From positions 1 through 52,183 of the forward strand of contig JBJCIZ010000395.1 in the NCBI GenBank assembly GCA_051294375.1: a stretch of DNA of 52,183 nt, written 5' to 3'. Origin of the DNA: Paraspadella gotoi (lineage: Eukaryota > Animalia > Chaetognatha). Shown piece after piece: positions 47,424-52,183 of the stretch (positions within the stretch are counted from its first letter, which is position 1; each line of letters opens with the position of its first letter). The position numbers and the translations under genes were made by a program. Below the pieces are notes generated by a model, which worked only from the letters and a program-made list of their open reading frames with translations, made no database searches and was not told where the DNA came from.

Positions 47424-48624
47424 GAGAGAGAGAGAGCCGGAACTCGTCTTACTCGTTTACTCATCGCCTAGTGACGGTGGTGAAAAAAAAAGTTAATAAA
47501 TTTTTTTTTGTAAAAAAAACAAGAAGAGAGAGAGACAAGAGAGAGAGAGAAGAGAGAGAGAGTTTCCCGCCAACGATACGCATAATTAGGTCACTCCTCG
47601 TTTATATCGTTATCCGTTGCCTCGTCAACTGCGGTGGCATGATCTCGGTCAAGTTGATTTTTTTTTGATACACGTAACGTTTGTAGAAGAAATGTCCAGT
47701 TGTAAATGAATCCACTGATGAATAAAAGCCACATGACGAATCCACGACAAGTTTCTTCCCAAACAGAGAGAGAGAGACACAGAGAGAGACAAAGCCTGAC
47801 AGCTGCTGGAAGTCGCTTACGTCACTGCAGAGCCTGAGCTCGTTTTTTAAGAAAAAGAAATTTTTTTAAAATTTTTTTTATATTTATTAATACCAAAAAC
47901 AGCATTGACATAAACACAAACAGTAACAGTGTAAAGGACTGGAAAACTAAACTATGTAAAAACAAAAGATACTAACGTTTAAAAGACTGGAAAACAAGTA
48001 AAAACTAAACTACATATTGAAATTCAATAAAAACAAAAGACACTAACGTTTAAAATCATTAATAATAATAATAATTAATAATAATAATAATAATCATTAA
48101 TAATCGTAAACTGTAACAGTCTAAAAGACTGGAAAAACTAAACTATGTAAAAACAAAAGACACTAACGTTTAAAAGACTGGAAAACAAGTAAAAACTAAA
48201 CTACATATTGAAATTCAATAAAACCAAAAGACACTAACGTTTAAAATCATTAATAAATGTTATGAACTAATTCATAAGAAACTATAAAAAATAATGTTCA
48301 AGAACGTTCAAGGATCAAATGTAAAAATCATAAAACCGGAAAAGGTAAAAAACGAAAAAGAAAAAAAATATATATATATAATTTCAAGAAATAAAAGAAA
48401 GGTAGACGAAAATCTCGCTTAAAAAAAATTCAACATTTTTCTAATAGAGAATTCCTTTCAAATCTGACTACCCAAATTGCAAAGTTAATTAATTAATTAT
48501 TTTTATAAATGAATTAAAACATTAAAACCCTTCTACTATTTAGAATTTCATAGATAAATTAAGATAAAATTTTGTGTGTGGGTAGAAAAGTGTGCAAGTG
48601 AAAGTGAGTTTTAAAGGAATTTTG

Positions 48625-49826
48625 ATAGAGAGAAACTTTGGTTACATTGGTAAACAAAATACAAAAAAGAATTCAAAATAATTTCTTATCGGGCAATGGA
48701 ATTTCTAAAGAATTCGACCGGCGATTTTATTTTCTTTCTTACTAATAATAATAATCAGGATCTCCACTCGGCTACGCACCAAAGAAAACAAATGAGTATT
48801 AATTAAAACAAATAAAATTAATTTAAAAATAGCCACTTTCTAAAATTAAAGTACACATCGTGGTAATTTCTTTTTGGCCAGGCAAAGCTAAATAATATGA
48901 AAATATCAAAATAAAATTTAATAATAATTTAGCTAAATATACGGTAGCGTCGGTAACTCACACATGTAAATTCAAGCAGAGTATAATTACATAGTTCTAA
49001 TTTATGAATCACAATAGACATCCAGTTTGTGATGAAGTTGATAGCATCAATGAAACTGTGAACAGCACAAAACGATGAGCAAATATTTAGACTTTGAAAG
49101 GAGTGATGACGTAGCATTGTGACGCAAATTCTCTGTGACGTTGGAGGCATAACCAGGGCTGATTCTCCAGTACATGTACAAGTGACTACCAGTGCATGTT
49201 GCCGCAAACACAAACATGATCCACTGGTCTCAAACATTGCCCCTCCCATCGCCAATCCATGTGGCCTTCTTGGCATCCAAAACTTGCCCATAGAATGTGA
49301 CGCTTACGTGCCCAAAGATGATGAACTTTTACCGCAAAAAATTGATGTTGGCAGAGACTTTAATAAAGAAGGAGAAACGTTAGTCCAATTTCCACATATC
49401 CCCTTGGCGACACAAAAAAAACCACCCATTTTATGTCGTTTTGCGATGACGTTTTCTCATTTCTTCAAAAAGTCCCGATGCCAAAAGATTCATCTTTTGC
49501 CATACTCAGACGCATCTTCTTTGTAGGTTTAATCCCACCAATTAAGTGGGACCCACCGCTGCCATCAAGTGGAGGTGGTCGAGATAAAAATGGCGAACAA
49601 AATGAGATGAATCGATTTATTGAAATCAGAAAAGCGAATGGAATCGAATTGGCTAATTGTACAAAGTGGCATTCATTTTTATAGAGAGAGAAACTTTGGT
49701 TACCTTGGTAAACAAAATACAAAAAAGAATTGAAAATAATTTCTTATCGGGCAATGGAATTTCTAAAAAATTCGACCGGCGATTTTATTTTCTTTCTTAC
49801 TAATAATAATAATAATCAGGATCTCC
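48625..49826 (+). other. ~1.06-kb unit with a frameshifted ORF bounded by ~140-bp direct repeats
   Basis: 48625-48765 matches 49681-49826. ORF pieces 49119-49526 and 49433-49684 overlap at an A8 run, and the stop falls at the start of the second repeat. Confidence 0.6.
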
Positions 49827-49828
49827 TC

Positions 49829-50190
49829 TGTTGACCAAATTATGACAGTTGACCAAATTATGAGTTGACCAAATTAAGCAAATTGACCAATTTATGCCAG
49901 TTGACAAAATTATACAATTGACTAAATTATGCAAGTTGACCAAATTATGCAAGTTGATTAAATTATGAAAGTTGACCAAATTATGAAAGTTGACCAAATT
50001 ATGAAAGTTTACTAAATTATGAAGGTTAACCAAATTATGCATGTTGACTAAATTATAAAAAAATTACCAAATTATGCCAGTTGACCAAATTGTTTAAAGT
50101 GACCAAATTATGAAAGTTGACTCAAATTATTGAAAGTTGACCAAATTATGTCAGTTGACCAAATTATGCATTGACAAATTATGCAAGTTG
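49829..50190 (+). repeat. 18-bp minisatellite (GTTGACCAAATTATGAAA)n
   Basis: Directly visible; same family as 11985-12320. Confidence 0.9.
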
Positions 50191-50798
50191 AAAATTTGCA
50201 AGTTGGATTTTCAGTTGTATCGGTTGATTGATTGATTAATTGAAGTGAAAAATATTATTTTTATCGAGTTTTATAATGTTTTAGGATTTCTTCTTTGTTG
50301 ACGTAGTCGTCGTCGTCGGCGTCACGCTGTTTTATATAAACAAGTTTGAAGCAAACAATGTCGCGATCTGCCTACGATAATTAATTAATTAATTAATTAA
50401 TTAATCGATTAATTAATTAATTAATTTTAATATGTATAATAATTAATTTAAATTTATATTCAACTTATCATCATCGATGTCCTTAAAATTGAGTTAGGAC
50501 AGTTATTAAATATGTTTTGTTTACATTTTATCAAAACAAACAAATATCCTCTATTCATTTTATGTCTCCTTCTCTCTCTCTCCTCTCTTTTTTATGCAAT
50601 TGCGCACGATCTTTATGCTTTTAAGATTTTTTTAACTTCGTCATTTTTTCACCATTAAATTAATTAATTAATTAATTAATTAAAACATTTATTAGTAATC
50701 ATTAATATTAAAGATTCAAGTAAATGTGACTTATTTTTTCCATCTAAACTCATTTCCACTGGCACAATTCCGTCAAAACTTTATATAATTATTATATA

Positions 50799-51037
50799 CA
50801 TTGTTGTGATTCTTTCTTTTTCGTTTGGTTTTGTGTTTAAAGAATAACATATTTTTTACTTTGTACATTACCAAATGTAACTATTTCTCTCTGCCTCTGT
50901 TATTCTCTCTCTCTCCCTCCATTTTTTCACCTTTCAAAATTTCAACCAATTTCTTCTTCCTTGCCCTTACCTCACCTGTCCTTTCTCAATTCTTTGTCGG
51001 AATCTCCCTCTTTTTGTCTCTCTCTCTCTATTCCCTC

Positions 51038-51078
<41 letters not shown>

Positions 51079-51216
51079 CTCTCTCTAAAAAACTAACATT
51101 AAGAGAAAAATTGTTGATTGAATCAAATGCTGATGAAGACTCTCAACCACAGAGTCGAAACATGTCCGTATGAAATAAAAATTCGTTGTTACACAGTTAA
51201 AAAATCTGTTATTCCT
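50799..51216 (+). mobile_element. ~420-bp insertion carrying a hammerhead (Penelope pLTR/retrozyme-like)
   Basis: Absent from the homologous HINE site at ~16890-16910. Flanked by TAATTATTATATA / TAATATTATATA. Confidence 0.6.
51123..51173 (+). ncRNA. Minimal type I hammerhead ribozyme (Penelope type)
   Basis: CTGATGA (51130-51136), stem II GACTCT/AGAGTC, GAAA, palindromic ACATGT stem III, GTC cleavage triplet ending 51166, stem I TCAAATG/CGTATGA, AATAAA immediately after. Confidence 0.8.
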
Positions 51217-52183
51217 TAATATTATATATAATAAATATTTAAAAAGCTTCAGTGCAACAACCCAATAAACTAATTCAAAAATCTACATTAAGTTAAGTAT
51301 AAATGTTTCAATTTGGCCCCCGCCTTACTAGATATTAGGCCGGAACAGGTTGAAAATAAATAATAGTTAAGCGACTATTAAATAATATGAAAATGAAAAA
51401 AAAATTTTAAAATTTTGCTTGTCAATTTTTGTTATACATTCTGATAGAGCTTTAAAAGTTAGATTAAGGTTATTAATACAACTTTTTAAAATTTTTTTGT
51501 TTTATTAATGAAAAATTTAAAAAAATAAAATTCAGCCAATAATGATGATGATGATGATGTTTTAAGATTTTTTCTATTTTTAACCAATTTATTGTCAAAA
51601 TTTGAAAAAATTATAGTACTAACTTTCATTTAACTTTTTAAGCTCTACAAGAACCCGTTTTTTATTTAATTTTTATCTCGGACTCTCTCTCTTTCTCTCT
51701 TTCTCTCTCTCTCTCTCTCTCNNNNNNNNNNNNNNNNNNNNNNNNNNNNNNNNNNNNNNNNNNNNNNNNNNNNNNNNNNNNNNNNNNNNNNNNNNNNNNN
51801 NNNNNNNNNNNNNNNNNNNNNNNNNNNNNNNNNNNNNNNNNNNNNNNNNNNNNNNNNNNNNNNNNNNNNNNNNNNNNNNNNNNNNNNNNNNNNNNNNNNN
51901 NNNNNNNNNNNNNNNNNNNNNNNNNNNNNNNNNNNNNNNNNNNNNNNNNNGCTTTTAAGATTTTTTTAACTTGCATCATTTTTCTGCTTGAATCATTTTT
52001 TCAATCTGCATAATTTTTTTAAATTGCATCATTTTTTTACATTAATTTATTAATTAATTAAAACATTTATTAGTAATCATAAATTAGTAATCATAAATAA
52101 TAAAGATTCAAGTAAATGTGACTTATATTTTTTCCATTTCAATTCATTTCCACTTGCACAATTCCGTCAAAACTTTATATCTA

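Larger units (their letters stand above)
50339..52183 (-). mobile_element. HINE-A copy 6, sibling of the copy 3 composite, cut by window end
   Basis: AACAAGTTTGAAGCAAACAATGTCGCGATCTGCC terminus; reverse-complement match to about 15700-17368. Confidence 0.85.

Noticed and set aside
47714-47750. CTGATGA as another hammerhead
   Set aside because: No stem II or GAAA at the right spacing.
49230-49270. PIANPCGL as a CDC50/LEM3-family motif
   Set aside because: Single short motif with no other family features recognisable.

Overview
AT-rich, repeat-saturated eukaryotic DNA, most likely an invertebrate animal, from an indel-prone assembly with two N gaps (42582-42710, 51722-51950). Most of the window is nested transposable elements. 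These are: six copies of a DINE-1/HINE-type non-autonomous Helentron (HINE-A), three of which carry a second HINE family (HINE-B) containing a tRNA-like cassette; a fragmented Ty3/Gypsy element interrupted by two insertions; a CsRn1-like Gypsy element with an intact -1 frameshift signal and an inverted RT-RNase H block; a degenerate LINE flanked by a 54-bp direct repeat; non-autonomous Chapaev-like and Kolobok-like DNA transposons; two Penelope-type minimal hammerhead ribozyme motifs; and a complete 657-bp TRIM whose LTRs each contain a tRNA-derived sequence (Helenus/TRIMp3-like), the most striking item. Host coding sequence: a 5-exon minus-strand fragment of a type II membrane protein with EGF-like repeats (17419-19273), a small spliced plus-strand gene (27803-28243), and possible exons at 45213-45580. 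All calls were made by eye, no searches were run, and boundaries in noisy regions are approximate.
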